Part shown: positions 13,930 through 27,859 of the stretch, one piece after another
Numbering within the stretch: position 1 is the first letter of the stretch
How the letters are laid out: the number at the start of each line of letters is the position of its first letter
NCBI GenBank assembly: GCA_036172245.1
Contig: JAYWIR010000010.1
Coordinates: forward strand, 1,736,001-1,800,000
Direction of reading: 5' to 3'
Source: Raillietiella orientalis
Lineage: Eukaryota
Length of the DNA: 64,000 nucleotides
The notes under the pieces: model-generated
What the model saw: the letters and a program-made list of their open reading frames with translations, nothing else
Told to the model about the DNA's origin: nothing
Database searches by the model: none
Program-made: the position numbers and the translations under genes

Positions 13930-14960
13930 CTAATGTCCTCCTCCTTCTCCCAAGAGTTCACTTGTTTTGCAGTTCTTCTCCAGGTTCTAGAGAGTTTCCC
14001 AGGAACTGAGAGTTTCCCTGAGACCTGTGACGATGCCCGGAGAGCCAACGAGTTTTTTGCACTCACCACGTTAGCTCTGACCCAGCTTCGTTTCCTTAAG
14101 GCAGCCCTTCAGGATGACTGGCCGGTTGGCACAGGCAGGGTGCCCCCACGACCCGAAGAGTTCCGTGAGGGCGGGCGCGCTGCTTGCATGCTTCCGAGAG
14201 CTCGTTGGAGGCTTCATGCCATCTTGGAATCACGCACTTCTTGCATGCATTTCGTTCCTCAAGATCTAGTGCCGAGGACCCTCGGTGATTCACCAGCATG
14301 GACTGCTACCGAGTGAGTTCCGGTCAGCCCGCTTCTGGGACTCTAATTCTGCTCTGAACGGTGCACCGCCCTTGAGGCCCGGGAGGTCACCCTCCACTTC
14401 CCTACGCGGCACCCCGAACAGCCTGAAATCTCCTCAGTTTCGGGAAACTGAGGGTAGCCAGAAAATTTCTTTTTTGCTTTCCACTGTTCCGCGCGGACGG
14501 CGGTGACTCCCTTTTCCCGCAGTGCACCAACGCAGGCAATGCCTGCCGTGTGGTAGAAACTTCTCGAAAACTCCATCTCGTGGGTACTTTGCTGCCATAC
14601 AAGGACCAAAACGAGATGGCAGAATCCACGCGACCCTCACCACTTCACACCACGCACTTCACACTGCCATTCCGAGATCATATAACTTGCAGGCTTTCGG
14701 GCCAGCCGAAGAAGGCAGTAGGGCTGAAATCACTCTCACGTACTACCCCACTCGAGACGTACGCAGAGGCCCACTGGACCTTCTCTCACGCCTACGAACT
14801 TTTCGATCTTTCCCTCCTCGAGCTTGTGCTGGAGAAACCGGCTGTTTTCGGTGCAGAATCTCTGGATCGCTCATCAAGAGGAACCGCAAGTGATAGAGGG
14901 AGAAACAGAGAAACCCTCGATTTTGCTTTTATTTTTTTTGGTCTTGAAGACCGCTGCATA
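13930..14960 (+). mobile_element. Highly decayed ORF2 3' half of the L1/Tx1 family
   Basis: Weak colinear similarity to the 56 kb copy: WPVGTGRV..REGG (versus WGTGRSRV..RDGG), RFWDSNSAL (versus CWDSRTLSL), CLPCG/VETSRKLHLV zinc-finger remnant, a similar stop context (AGTGAT) and then a T-rich tract. Confidence 0.4.
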
Positions 14961-17900
14961 CCACTTTGAAATTTGGGAAGATTAGGGACGATCATTCGAC
15001 CGCCTTCCCTAACTACGAGGGAGACACACGCACGATGCTGATTTTCTGGGTCATTTGTTGGGATTCAGGCACTTTTTCTTGCTCTGGTTCCTGACTCCGT
15101 GATAGCGGTGGTCATCAGAGTTAGCACTGGGGCATTCTTCTTATTACCTGGTCCTTCTTTAGGTGAGCCGGCGGTCTCACCCACGAGAGACGTTAATTCC
15201 TTGCTAAGTATTTGAAATCCTGGAGGATTGAAGTATTATTAATGAGTGTTGAAGGGAACATCGGGTTCGGTTCATCTGAGCTGCAAGAGTCCCATCCGAG
15301 ACAACTTTGGCTTCGTACCACTGCCTCTCTGTAGTGAACACGAAGAACCAACTATAGGATCCGATTCGGTGAAGCGGGACGGAAAATAGACTGACGCCAC
15401 GGGGCAAACAAAGAACCCTTCCCACTCTCTCGACATTTCCTCTTTCTCTCTTGAGTCTTTGTCTTTTTTCTCCAGCCACCCTCCGAGCGGGAGAGTACTT
15501 TAGCTTTTTCCTTCGGCGCTGCGTTCCCCTCGCTCGCGCCACCGGCTCGGGTTTTGGGGATGCTCCAAGAGGGTGCTCGTCTACCCGACTTCAGCTTCTC
15601 CGCTCCCTGCCCGGTGCTTTCATTTCACCGCAAGATGGTCTGCAGGCATAGAATTCTCTAGGAGAGCTTATGAGACTCCACTGACGTCACTTTCCCACGC
15701 ACTCTCTTTCCCTCACGACTCGTCTTCCCTTTTTTCTTTTTGCCTGGTTTCTCCATGAATCTCAATCCAACAGTGCACTTCATAGATCTTGTGATCGGTT
15801 CGATGAAGAGATAACCTCTGGTGAAAGTGGAATGCACAGAGACAGTCCTTCTATGCCAAATGCATTTTACACTGCAGCCGCTGGATCCGCTTGGAAGCTA
15901 CCTCCGTGTGGATCTTCCTTCTGGTCGTTTTCGCATGCAGAAGACAACAATTTTACTCTCATCTCTCCTTTGTTGGCAAGGTGAAGAGCTTCAGAAGAGA
16001 AGAAGAGCGAGGCAGCGATTCCGAACTGAGAATTCTCTTGCGCGTCGCGTCGTAACTTCCGTCAGCGGACGCTAGATGGTGCTGTTTGCTATCAATGACA
16101 TTCAACAGATTCATTGCCTCCAGGTTTCGCTAATTTGTGCACGCACTTCCTGGGGAATGATGGAGTCAGCAGAGAACTGCACAGAAAGGAATGAGAAATG
16201 AGGGAATCGGAAAACGACGGAATTAACATGTGTGAAGATTAGGTGGAAGTGCAAAAATGCTCTGCAAGCGAAAACTGTCCTCAGGCAGCTTTGAGGAAAC
16301 CCCTCTGGTATGAGATCTCCCATTCAAGAACCATTATAAGAAATTACTGGTACTTTTGGTTTATTTTTTCGCAACAATGATTCAGTTTCATATTTATTTA
16401 TTTATTACGACCCCGAATGTCAGTATGCATCAGCCGACGACGAAGAGCGCTCAAGATACAAAGTTCTTGTCGAGCGATACCCACCGATCGCTCTTCGGTA
16501 TAAAATGAAGCACAGTTCCACAAACAAGTGAGCCATCCGACACGTCTCAGCTCTCAGACACGAAGACATGGCTTGGAGGATTTCGAAATCTCGAGCATCT
16601 CCCACACTCGGACACGAGATGCTGCTTAACAGAGGAGGAATTGCTTTATCTTGGAACCAGAACAGCACGTGTAAAATCTCGAAGACACTACCATTTACTT
16701 TTCCTTCTTACGAGGACCATCCACTAGAAACAACTGAGGAAAGGAGAGGGGGGAGGGGACGGGGAGTTAACTGCCGAGTCATTTTTTGTTTCCTTTTTTT
16801 TTTTTTTCTTTGCCGAAAAAAAAAAGGTAATCAAAGAGAATTCATTGCCTGATTGGTTGGAGGTAGAAATGTCGCTGAACGCAGGAAAGGCAAAGAGGTA
16901 ACGGAAACGCTTGCGTCGCCACTGCTGGCGCAAATGCGGATCTTTCTTACAAAGACCAAGAGGATGAACGCACGAGCTCAATGCCACTTACAACATCCAC
17001 CAGCCAGCCTGCATTTCGCGACGTAACGGCATCGACGAAGAGTTCACTACCACCTGCCGAAGATCACGGGATTCCTGGAACCTCGAGGGAATCGGGAAAA
17101 AAATCGGCAGGAAAGCACATTCCGAATCCGGCCGATGAATTTGCCGTGTAGGATCGCTGGCGCCCACCTGTACTCTTTCGTCGACGCATGGGTAGGTGAC
17201 CCAAACAGATCTGCCAGAGGTTTCTTTTTCTTCTTCTTCTTCTTCTTCTTCTTTCTCTCTCTTCCCCGCTCCTTGGATGCAATCCGCTGTTCAGGGAGTG
17301 CCAGTTTGCAACTAAGCGACGCGCATTTGCTTCTGTTGCATCATCCGTCAGTAGGCGTTACTATCAACAAAGCTTTCCCAGGCACAGATAACGGCCTTAG
17401 CAGCAATAGAACATCCGAATCTAGTAGTTATTCATTATCTACGATCCGAAGAGTGCGATCAGTCAAATTGCAGCGGAGATACATGAAGGTCGTGAGGGAA
17501 AGGGAATATAAGACACTGGAAACACAGCTGCCCTAAACACTTACAATTAGCGGCTATGTAGGAAAGGAAAGGAAGGCTGAGGAGGACGCTGTGATCAGAT
17601 TCCCCAAAAGGCCTTCATGGTTTCAGATCTTGGTAGGAAAATAAGTTTCATCCTTTTTTTTCTTTTTTTTTTTTTTTTTTTTGGGGGGGGGGGACCTTTT
17701 TTAGATACGCATTCATTCATTCACGAGATGGTCATTCTCCTCGGAAGATCGAGATACGGAGCAGTCTCGCATCGCACATCGCTCTCCGTACGTGCCGCTG
17801 CACGTCGGCTCGGAGCACCCGGGCTTAAAGGTGGACGAGGAACTCGACCCCCCGCTGGCCTGCCAGCGAACTCACGTTCCCATCAAACCGCGCGTTCTTC

Positions 17901-20900
17901 GCTCACAGGGAACGAGGATCCACTGGAGGGCCGTCCCCGCTGGCGCGGGACGTTCGTCGCCAGCGCCAGTGAGAAACGAGGCAGGACTCGGGAAGCACGC
18001 GGGAGGTCACGTCCGCATGACAGCGCAAGCCATTCCTTGGCGGCAGGGTGATGGGACCCTCGGGGACTCCCTTTGCAAGGGCACGGGTGGCGCGCGACCA
18101 CAGGTGCGCGGGTTCTTGCACGCCCGACCGCACTGACTGTCACGTGCGCACCATCCGCTGTGACGCCGGCGATTAACCAAACACGAAAAAATCCTAAGCG
18201 TGAAAACCAATCCGCAGCCGGCAATCTCTGCAGGCGACAAAGGCCCCTGGGCGCGCTCCAGCACGATTTCCGTCCGACGCGTTCCACACTAATAGATCCT
18301 TCACCTTTGGATGAAATTGGTGGCGCGGAAATGACAAAAAGTTTCCTGGTTCCTTCGTGGGGCTCCAGCGTTGGGCAGGCCGCAGGAGCTGCCTCGCTCT
18401 CAGATGACGGCGCTGTTTGCATATCCGTTTCAAGGCCAGCCGAACCTCTTAATGAAGGAACTCTTAATAAGAACTTTCTCTGCTCGTTATGCTGCGGCGA
18501 ATCGAAGCTAATTGAAGAATCCGAATTCGAACAAGGTCGCCGTACAAGGTTGTTCCCCCTGTGGATTTTCCCTTTTTTTCCTTTTTTTTTTCTTTTTTTT
18601 TGGCCGATGTTGCTGATTGGCACGTCGGTGGCTCCCGCCCACCCCTTCGATTTCACCCTTTCTTCCTCGTCCTCCTCCCCGCACCTTCCACGCCCGGCAG
18701 CGCGCCGATCCGAAAGGTCCCCCCCGTGGCTGAAGGAAGAGAGCTCTCGGGAAGAACCCGGCGCGCCTCGGAGCGAAACCGAACCGATGGCACCCGATCT
18801 CGGAAAAACGGGAAGAATCCGACGCAATAAGACCTCCGAGGAAATCTCTCGTGCTCGACTGCTGCCCCGCGCCGAGGTCGTCGGCGTCGGCTGCGGACTG
18901 CACACGATGAACGGATTCCCCCTTCCGCCGAGGAGGAACGCCTCTTGCACCCGCTCACGAATTCACTTGAGAGCACGCGGGAAACCTGACACTCCGAATG
19001 GCAACAGCTGGCTATCTTTCTGGGATCCGTTTCCATGTCGATGTTAATGACTGCGTGTGGTTGTAACTGTGGCTGCCGCTTTAAAATCAACAAAAGCAGC
19101 ATCGAAAACGCTCGCAAAAAATGCGTGGAATGAGATCCTAAGGCCAAAGAAAGGGGAAGAGAAAGGAGGAGGAGGGGGGAGGGGGAAAAAATATGTGAGA
19201 GGGAAGGAGGAGGGATATCTTTCTCTCGTTTGACGTCCTACACCCAGTCATTTCGAGAGGATGTAATCTTGGATTCCCTCCCGATGCACAAAAAAGGGGT
19301 GCGTTTCCGATGCTTTCCGAAAAGCCGAGCCACGATCGACCCAATGTATACGAACTCTGCCACTGTCGAATGCCCGCGCCCGTGGCAAACGAGAGCGGAG
19401 GAAGGGGGGGATGAGGAAGAGGAAGGGACGGGGGGGGGGGGAAGAAGAGAAGCGGGCTCTGTGACGTCATGAGGCCAACTGTTCTTTGCGGGCGCCTTTT
19501 CTGCTTGACACAGATTTCGCGATAAGAGACGTGCCCGTGAAACGCAAACGCCGCAGAGATCAGCGATCCGACATTTTCTCTCTTTCTGTGGTGACGATGC
19601 AGTAAGAAGAATGATCGACCGTTTGGGCGAGAGGAGGGGGAGGGGGCTCGCGGGGAGAGGAAGGAGGGAGGAGGGGCAAAACTCCATTTCTCCTTTTCTT
19701 CAGCCATTGGGAAACGGACGAAAGCGACTCGGACGTTGCAGCATGTGCTGGCCGAAGTGTCGCAACAAGCCGTGGACCGCGGAGCGAAGGCGCGGACGGC
19801 GACCACAGCGTGTGACGTCCGCCTGCTCTCGGCAGCGCGGGGGGGGTCGAGGTCCACCGTCTCCACGGAGCCCGAAGCAAGGACACTCGTACTTGCGGCG
19901 AAGCACAACCTCCGTCTCGGGCTGCCGCCGCACCAATGGGCGAGGAGTGATCGAACCCGGACTCAGCAGAGCGGGAGATGTGGGGCCCGTACCGCCTCGG
20001 GGCAGACTTGGCAGCACAGTTTTCCCGCCGCTCGTGCACCTCCGCGTCGCTTGCCACTCTCCCTTACTCCCTTCCCTCCCGCGAGGACAAGGGGTCGGCT
20101 CCGCTGGCCCGCGAAAGCTCCCTTCCCCCGACAAGATCAGCTGCCTCCAAGCTTCCCAGCCCGAGGAGCGTTCGCCGCCAAAGCGGCCCGGGCCGAACCC
20201 TGGAAGTCACCTGCACGTTCCGCAGGAGCAGGAGGGGTCGGCCAGTCGGCAGATCCTCGACCAAGGCCGACCCTTCGACCGCAAGCCACCTCGCACCGAG
20301 ATCCTGTCGTGTGTAGTAAATGGGAACGGATTTCACGTCGTGGCGATGCAGCGGGCGAGCCAGATGGTCCTTCTGGTGGGCGCCTGCGCGCGCGCGCGTG
20401 CGGTGGAAGGAGGCCGGCGGAGGTCGCAAGGTCTCCTGCAGCCCTCGTCCGAGAGGGAGCGCATACAGCACCCCCGTCCACCAGCTTCCCTCCCTCCGGG
20501 GTTGCTCCCCCCCTCGTCCACCCACCCACCCACCTTCAGGCGCGCGGGAAAAGGGGGAAGGCGCGAGAGAAATCCTCCTCCTACCTTCTGGGGACTGCGG
20601 GTCAGGATCTCCGCCGAACAGGCGGCGTCCTCGGAAACGGGCGGCGGAGGCGGCGACGCCAGCCTGGGCGGCAAGGGCTCGGCGTCTTTCTCGGGACGCG
20701 CACCGTCCTCCTTGCTGGAGTAGTCACTCACGACGACACGGGGGAAGCAGGGGAACTGGTTCTTGGGGGAGTCGTTCCGGAGCGGCGGGGACCCTCCGCT
20801 TCCGGCGCGGCCTCCGGGGAGGACAAATGACTCCCGCGGGATGGCGCTCGGCTCGTGGGAAAAGTTCAGGTATTCGATGCTGCTGAGCGGGCTGGGGGAC

Positions 20901-23689
20901 AGGTCTTCCTCGCTGCTCTCCCCGACGCCCGGGGAGCTCGAGAAGAACGGCAAGGGGATGTAGGAAGAGATCAGCAGGGGCCTCTGGGAGAAGCTCTGGC
21001 AGTTCTCCTTCAAAGATCTCCGGTGAGACGCCATGGGTACCTTCAGGTGCGTCTTCTTGGTGTCAGCACTGGGACTGCCGCCGGCGTCGTACAGGTCTGA
21101 AAGCAGCGGGGATTTGAGCGCCGACAGGAAGCAGAGGGTTTGCCCGGAGGGCGGCAGCGGTGGCGCGAGGGGGCGCTTCCCTTTCTTCCTTCCCGACCGG
21201 TCGCTATCTCCCTTCGCGAGCCTGCAGAAGGGAGCGCACCTTCGACTTCCGGCCTCCTCGCGCGCCGACGCCGCCGGGTCCCACGTGAGCGTGCGCGCTT
21301 TCCTATGGGACACCCTGGTTCCCGTGTCAAGCGAAGAAAAGGGGAGGGGAGGGGAGGCACACGCAGGAAAAAAAAATAAAATGGACGCCACCGGGCAAGG
21401 AGGCACTCGAGTGGCTCCCGCTGAGGGTCCCGGCGAGTTTCAAAGACATGCTCGAAAGAGGAGGGAGGAGGAGGAACGCCGCCTTTGAGACTGCGCCGAA
21501 ACACCGGAAGACTTCGCTACGCGCACCAGAACGCCCCGCCGCGCCGTCGGGGTTCCTCCCAATGCCTCCGGCTTCCCCATGCCGCGGGAGACTCCCGAAG
21601 TAGCGTCTTGGGTCGGCCCCGCCCCATGAACGATGAGCACCGCTGCCCACTTCCCCGTTGCGGACGCGATCGTCCTGACCTCCCCGCGCCGGATGCTGGA
21701 GACGTTCGAAAGAGGGACCTCCCGCATCGAAGGGGGGTTGAAGGGTCGAGGAGAGGAGGGCAGGCAACCATCCGCCTTCGGGCAAGGAAAGGGTACTCGC
21801 TGACGTAACGGAAAGCGCGCCGCCGCCGCCTCCGCCGCCTCAGAGCGGAGAGGAGGAAGACGGATCCAGTGAACCTGGCAAGTAATCCAGACAACTGTGT
21901 TTCCCAAGAGGGAACGGAGAGATGGAAAGCAGGCCCCTAGGATGCCCTGACGGTGCTGCCCTTTGAAGGCACGTTCACTCGCCTCCAGAGGCTTCCGCGG
22001 CTGAGCTTCTGCCAAGACTCTTCCCCTGCACCTCGGAGCTGCGCGCCCTCCTTCCGGATTCCCCCTTCGCCATCTCCCGCATCGGCAGTGAGCGTCACCT
22101 GGCAGTGCTCTCTTCCACCCCTTCTCCTCCGCTGCCCTCCTCTCCGGAGCTCCACCCCTCGCTAGAGATGGTGGCAGCACCCCAGCGCCAGCGCGCGCGC
22201 AGAAGGCGGACCGTGCGTAGGCTGCGGTAGCAACCTTCCTCCCTCCCGCCCGGAAGCGATGCCGAGACCCTCATCCTCCCGGTCCTGAGATCGTGCGCTT
22301 TTCTGGGCTGCGCAAAGGAGGCGTCTGAAGCCCCACCGGTAGCTCCGAAAAAAAAAACGGTCCCGGTCTGGCCGCCTCGAGAGGCACGGCGAAGACCTCC
22401 GCGCTCGCTGGTCCGGTTCTCGTCCCGGGACCGTCGCATCCAGGTCAGCCGCCGTCTCCCCTCGCTGAGCTTCTCAACGCCGGGGTCCAGAACTCGAGTT
22501 CGAGAGCTCGGCAGGGGTGGGCAGAGAGAGGAAAGGAAGCGAAAGGATGAACAGGAAGGAAGGACCAAGAACCAGGAAAGGGCCAAGGCGAGAAGCGTGC
22601 CTGCTGGTGGTCGAAAGCATCGCGAGCGCCGTCAGTTCGCACGCGACCTGGCTGCTGAGGTCTTCGCGAAGAACGAGCGAGGAACAGGAAGGGGGGGAGG
22701 GGAGAAGTGGCAGAGAAGGTTTTCAGAAGAAAGCCGAAGATAAACCAGAGAGCAACGCTGTCTCCGATCACCTGCCAGATCGAGGAGGCTTCGCTGCGAA
22801 CGCACCGCATTGCAGGAGAATGAGCGGAGCAGTGGGACCGCAGTCGGGAAGGGGGAAGGACTTTGAGGAGCGTCGCAGGACCTGCTCCCTGAATGTCCAG
22901 GAAAACCACCCGTTTCGTTGCGGCCGCTACGCAAACCTGCCCGGCATTAAGGGTGATAGCCGAGGAGGATCCTCGGGAGCACAGGAAACTGCGAACCGTA
23001 TCAGGGGAGGTGCTGAAAGATCCAGGACAACCTCATGGCAACAGCAAGCCACCTCCGCCCTGTGGCGAGACTGCCGATCCAACAGGGAGCGATCCTTGCT
23101 GGACTGCATCGCGGACTCCCCCCAGGACTTCAGCTCGTCGGATCGATTCCCTCGGGACGAACACGCGCATCCCGGAGGACCTGGCCCTCGCTTCTTCCTG
23201 ACAGCCGACGACCCATGGACTTTGGCAACCCGCCCTCTCCAGAATGAAACTGCGAAGAGCCCTGACCTGAACTGACCACCACCGCCTCGTCAAGCAGGTA
23301 ATCCTTTCTTTTCGTTTCGGTACTCTTGGCAGAAGAAAGCTGCATTGACTGGACTCGCATGAAAGCCCGATGTTTCTGCGAGAGAGAGAGAGAAAGAGAG
23401 AGACAATGACAAATGAAGACACTCTTGATGCTGTGTGTGTTTTTCTTGTTTTTAGGAAAAAAAAGGCGAAGAGAGACCTCACTAGGAGACTGCCATTGGC
23501 CTAGGATGATGGAAATCCTTCTGGGGTTCGCGAAGATCTCAAGAGCCGTCGGCCCCTCAGGAGCGTCTCTCGAAGACGCCTCCGCGACGATGGCCACCTC
23601 ACACGGGGGACTGTCGGCGCCACCCGAGGGTCGTGCGCGTAACTTGAGCAGCCTCCAACGGAACCGCCCGGATGAATGCAGCTAGCTCC

Positions 23690-23920
23690 TCCCTGACTCT
23701 TTGGAGGAAACCTTCGCCCTTCGGTCGTCTCCGAAGGGACCTCCGGAAGGGGTCTCCTTTTCATTTCTTCTACGAAGGGAGCTAGCAAGGGAACCGCTCC
23801 TTGTTCGCTCCCCTGAAGGATTTCTCCGAAGGCAGCATCACGCTCCCAACACTCTAAAGGGGAATCTTCGAGGGAAGGGGGATCGCTCTCTTATTCGCAC
23901 GACTGAAAGGGAACCTCGGA
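23690..23920 (+). repeat. Degenerate ~39-42 nt tandem repeat array, paralogous to 41910-42305 (and 47290-47650 on the minus strand)
   Basis: Recurrent CTCCGAAGG..CC.GAAG units; shared CCGCTCCTTGTT..CTCCCCTGAAG (23794/42104), CTCCGAAGG..CAGC..CGCT...ACACTCT and GGGAACCTC in the same order. Confidence 0.75.
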
Positions 23921-26900
23921 GGGAGCCGGCCCCGGTGATTCTCAAAAGGGTCTCGGAGGGTCGTTCCAGTCTCAGCCCGCGACGCGTGTGGTGCCGCGCT
24001 CGGCGGCAGCAGTCACGCGGCCGCCAGTCCCGACCATGTGGCTAAGGCTGCCGCTCTTGGCCTGTTGCTTTTGCCGGGCACTCAAAGAGAGACCTCCTCT
24101 TGCGAGGGGTATCCGCGAAGCGAAGAGCCCCCCGAAGTATTCTCAGCATCTTCTAGGGTCAGCACCCTCGAAGTCGGCGGCGGCACCGGACCGGCGACTC
24201 CAGCTTTATGAACTGAAGGAAGAGATCTGGAACTCAGGATGCCGTAACTCAGGCAACTCCCGAGGGGACCACCCTTGTCGTCTCGGAAGGAGCTTCCGAG
24301 AAGGGCAGAGAGCAGCTTCCGGGGTGTTCACGTGGTTCCTTCACGGAGCGCTGGTGGAGTCGGAGGATGCTCTCACTCCTGTGAAGGAGGTCGTTCCCCG
24401 TGCTGCTGCCGCTCAGGGATCCAAACCCATGCTTTCATGGAGCACCTCTAGGCGGGCGCTCCATCCGCAGCAAGCCCGCACACGCGCACTCGTCCCGCAT
24501 CCCCTGCCTGCGCACCCCTACCTCGGAGCTATCCCTTCCGGCACTGCTTTCGGAGCAGACGTGGAGACGCGCCACCCCTGCACGGCGGAGCACATGCCGG
24601 GAAGTGGGTCGCAGACAACGAGGACCGCCTTCGCCTGCCCATTCCCCCAGAAATCCTTCGAACGAGAGGAGAGAGCGGGAATTTGCACGCGCGCGGCAGC
24701 GCACCCCACGAGAGAGAGACTGAGGGAGGAGGGAGAGTCTGCTGCCGTGTCCCGGCGAGGAGACGGCGTGAAATTGCTCCCTCCTTGCTTCTCAGACAGT
24801 GCGGGGCCAGGAAGAGACCTTCGATAACTAACCCGAGCTCAGCCAACCGGAGAGGCATTGGCATGCGGCAGTTCCTCAGCACCGGGTCAAGAAATTGCTC
24901 TTCCGTCTCTCGCGGATTTATTTTCGCTTCTTCTTTTATTCCCACCCTCCTCCCCCCCCTTCCATCGCGGCTCTCCTGCGAGAGGTGAACCAGAGCGAAG
25001 CGTTGGCAGGAGCGTTCAGGAGGGAGAAGGACGGTTCAGCGGTTCAGCGACAGCAACAAAAGCACAGCTAAGACTTACGCACGCTGAGCCTCGGCAGCCC
25101 ATCTTGGCGAACGCAGTCGAGAATCGGGTACATCACAACCCCGAACAGAATCGACCTTGCAAAGACGAACGGAAGACCTTCCCCAGACAAGATAATGGCC
25201 ACCCTCTGGGATCTCTGCTATCGGCGGACTGCCGGCCGCATCCACGCCGAGAGCGGCATGCGGCGCAAGCTTATCATTCCCTCTATCTGTGTCTTCTCGT
25301 TATCTCGCATTTTATTCGTGGTTTCTCTTCGTGTTGTCCCTCCGAAGTGGTGGAAAGGCATCCGAGGAATTTGCTGAACACCCCGTGCTCTCCGGAAGGA
25401 GAGGGAAGGGGGGGGAGAAAGAGAGGGATGGAGAGGAGGGAAGAAGGCAAAATTTGCAGGTCAAGATTGGGTGCTTCTATCTGCCTCGCACTCCTCGTTC
25501 GCGAGGAAGGTGGGAGAGTGGGCCAGGACTTGAGAGAATACCCGCACGCGCGGGGACGCGAAAGTGCACGGCGCCCGACGGGTCCTCCCTCACCAACATC
25601 GGCGCTGAGGTGCGTACTCAGCGTGCGCAACGAACGTTCGCGTCCATCGGATCGCGGGTGGATCCCTGGGATAAGGTTTTTCGACCCTCGCGCGGCGTCC
25701 CCTTCCTCACCACCCGTTTACCTATTTCCAGGAAGGCGGGTTCCTCCCTGAAGCGTATCCTGACTTTCCGCAACTTGGGAGGATCAGGGGAATCGGAAGG
25801 CTCTCCTCTTCCTCCTCCTCCACGACGAAGATAGCCGGTGGCAGTCCGTGATCTCCGGAGGAAGCCCAGCGTGGTTCTGGCACGGGACGGACAGAGCGAC
25901 GGCCAGCTCAGGCTGTGTTCCCGGTCCAGAAATGTGTTTCTGCAGCCACGTCGCCCACAGACACGCAGCTTCTCGGCGAGCCCGAAGGATCGAACTGGAG
26001 CATCAGAAAGTCCAGCGGGAGAAAGGGTATTACGGCCCCGAGGGCCTCTCTGCCAGCGAAAGCGTGGCCCTTTGCTGGAAGTGGGGCAGCGGAAGAGCAG
26101 CGGGGCTCGCTAAGAATACCTGAGCTTCGATGAATGCCTCTGAGTCAGTCAATGCAGCCCGCCCCGGCTGCCACCGAAACGCACTGCTCCTCGCTCCCGT
26201 GTAGAAACTGCAGGGGGGGGAGGGACGCGTTCGAGAGTCAGCGCTCGCGCCCTGCAATTTCGCCAGCGAAGTCGTGGGCACTGTAATTCGCCCCTGATGA
26301 CCATCGATTGTTGCTGCTGCTACTGCTGTTCAGCAGGGAGGAGGGACTTCTGTGTCAGCATAAACTTCCAAGATTCCACCTTTCTTGAGAGTTCTTTCGG
26401 TGTCCAGCAAAACAAAAGATGGCGTGGCACAAGCGGGGTAAGCTGTGTGGTGGTTCGGTGCTGCCGCCACAATGCTGGACTTCGAAGAAGTGGAAGGCCG
26501 AAGTCGAGAGCAGAGGCAGTCGTAGATGCGGCGGCCACGTGAAAGACGCGACATGCTCCACCAGAGCATCTCTGTCAGCGACGTGCTCCCCCTCCTCGAA
26601 CTGGATGTGCTCTCGACGGGCATATGGGAGCCTAGAGATGCAGACGATGCTTTGCTGGCAGCTCTCGCCGCCTCGTGACAGTCAGCGAGCGCCGGTCCCG
26701 GAAGTGCCTGGAGAACTCATCGGAACACCGCTTTTCTTCTTGGAACCCCATCTTTTTTTTTTGCAGCGGCTGCGCTACCGGCAACCGTGGTTCTTCGCGC
26801 AGCTCGCAATTGTCGCTCTCTCGCAGATCACCAACGGCGCTGCCCAAGCAGCCTGTGCAAGCATCTCGTCCCCCTTCCCCTCCCCGGTGCAGTTGCGCAC

Positions 26901-27859
26901 CTGGAGGCGGAACCCGCACTCACCGACAATGATACAGACCGGCAAAAATGACCGGTGCTGAAGATGACCGGCATAAGAGATTCAAGGGAACTGCCCTTTC
27001 CGGATCTCTCGAGGCTGCGTCCACTTCGCCTCGGCCTCAGAGTCGAGGCTCTCTGACCGGAATCGTACCCATCCCATCTCGATCTGCGCGGTACCTTGAC
27101 AACGCGCCTCCGGGCTCGCGTCCCGTACAGGAACACCTCCCTGAGGGAGGTGTGCCGCCGGTTACCACCGGAGATGCGCGCTGCTGCACACACCGGTCGT
27201 CGAGGAGGCGTTGCAGTGCTAGGTCCCGGCCCGACATTGCACCATCCCTTCATCCGGGAATGAAGGGTGCTCCCCCAAGAAACCCGAAAGCTGTTGGGAC
27301 GCCTTGCAGCGGGCCTCCTCGAGGCAAGCCGACTGGAGGCTGACCGCCGACGGCCCTGCTTCCAGCTCTCACACAAATTCCTGTGCGTCCAAATATCCTC
27401 TTTCCTCCCTGTCCCAAGCTTGGTGCTCGTACCTGGCGCCGGCCCGACCCGTCGTTATGCTCGACGAACACGGTCCGACATGGAAAACGCCAAGGAAGAA
27501 CCAAATCAGTAACTAGAACGCGACCCTCCTAGAGTGGCCCATTCCTCCAAAGGCAGATTCGCGGAAGCACCTCTCGCCACACGACGGACTGATGTGGTGG
27601 TCGATGCCCTCGGAAAATGCGATACAGCGTCTGCGCCTGGGTGCTCGGTCTCCCTTTGTCAGCTCCCATATTCCGGTGCAGTTCCCGCACCAGAATGTGG
27701 GAGCTTCCCCTCAGATGGCGGAAGGATGTCGTGGAAGCGACTCCCCTATTCCCTCTTAGACACCTTGCGCGTCGGCTCAGAAGTCCATCGTACGCCGCTT
27801 TCGCTACTGCCGCGTCGAGTAGAGTCGTGTCGCCGGTGCTATGGCAACGCGAGAGATGG

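Noticed and set aside
23298..23456. Intron-like GTAATC...TTTTTAG segment within the GC-rich block
   Set aside because: Splicing it does not yield a convincing open frame; it may be a chance low-complexity spacer.
25870..26050. WFWHGT...GYYG resembling a PARP/ADP-ribosyltransferase motif
   Set aside because: Only a short motif with no supporting context; the opposite strand looks at least as coding-like.
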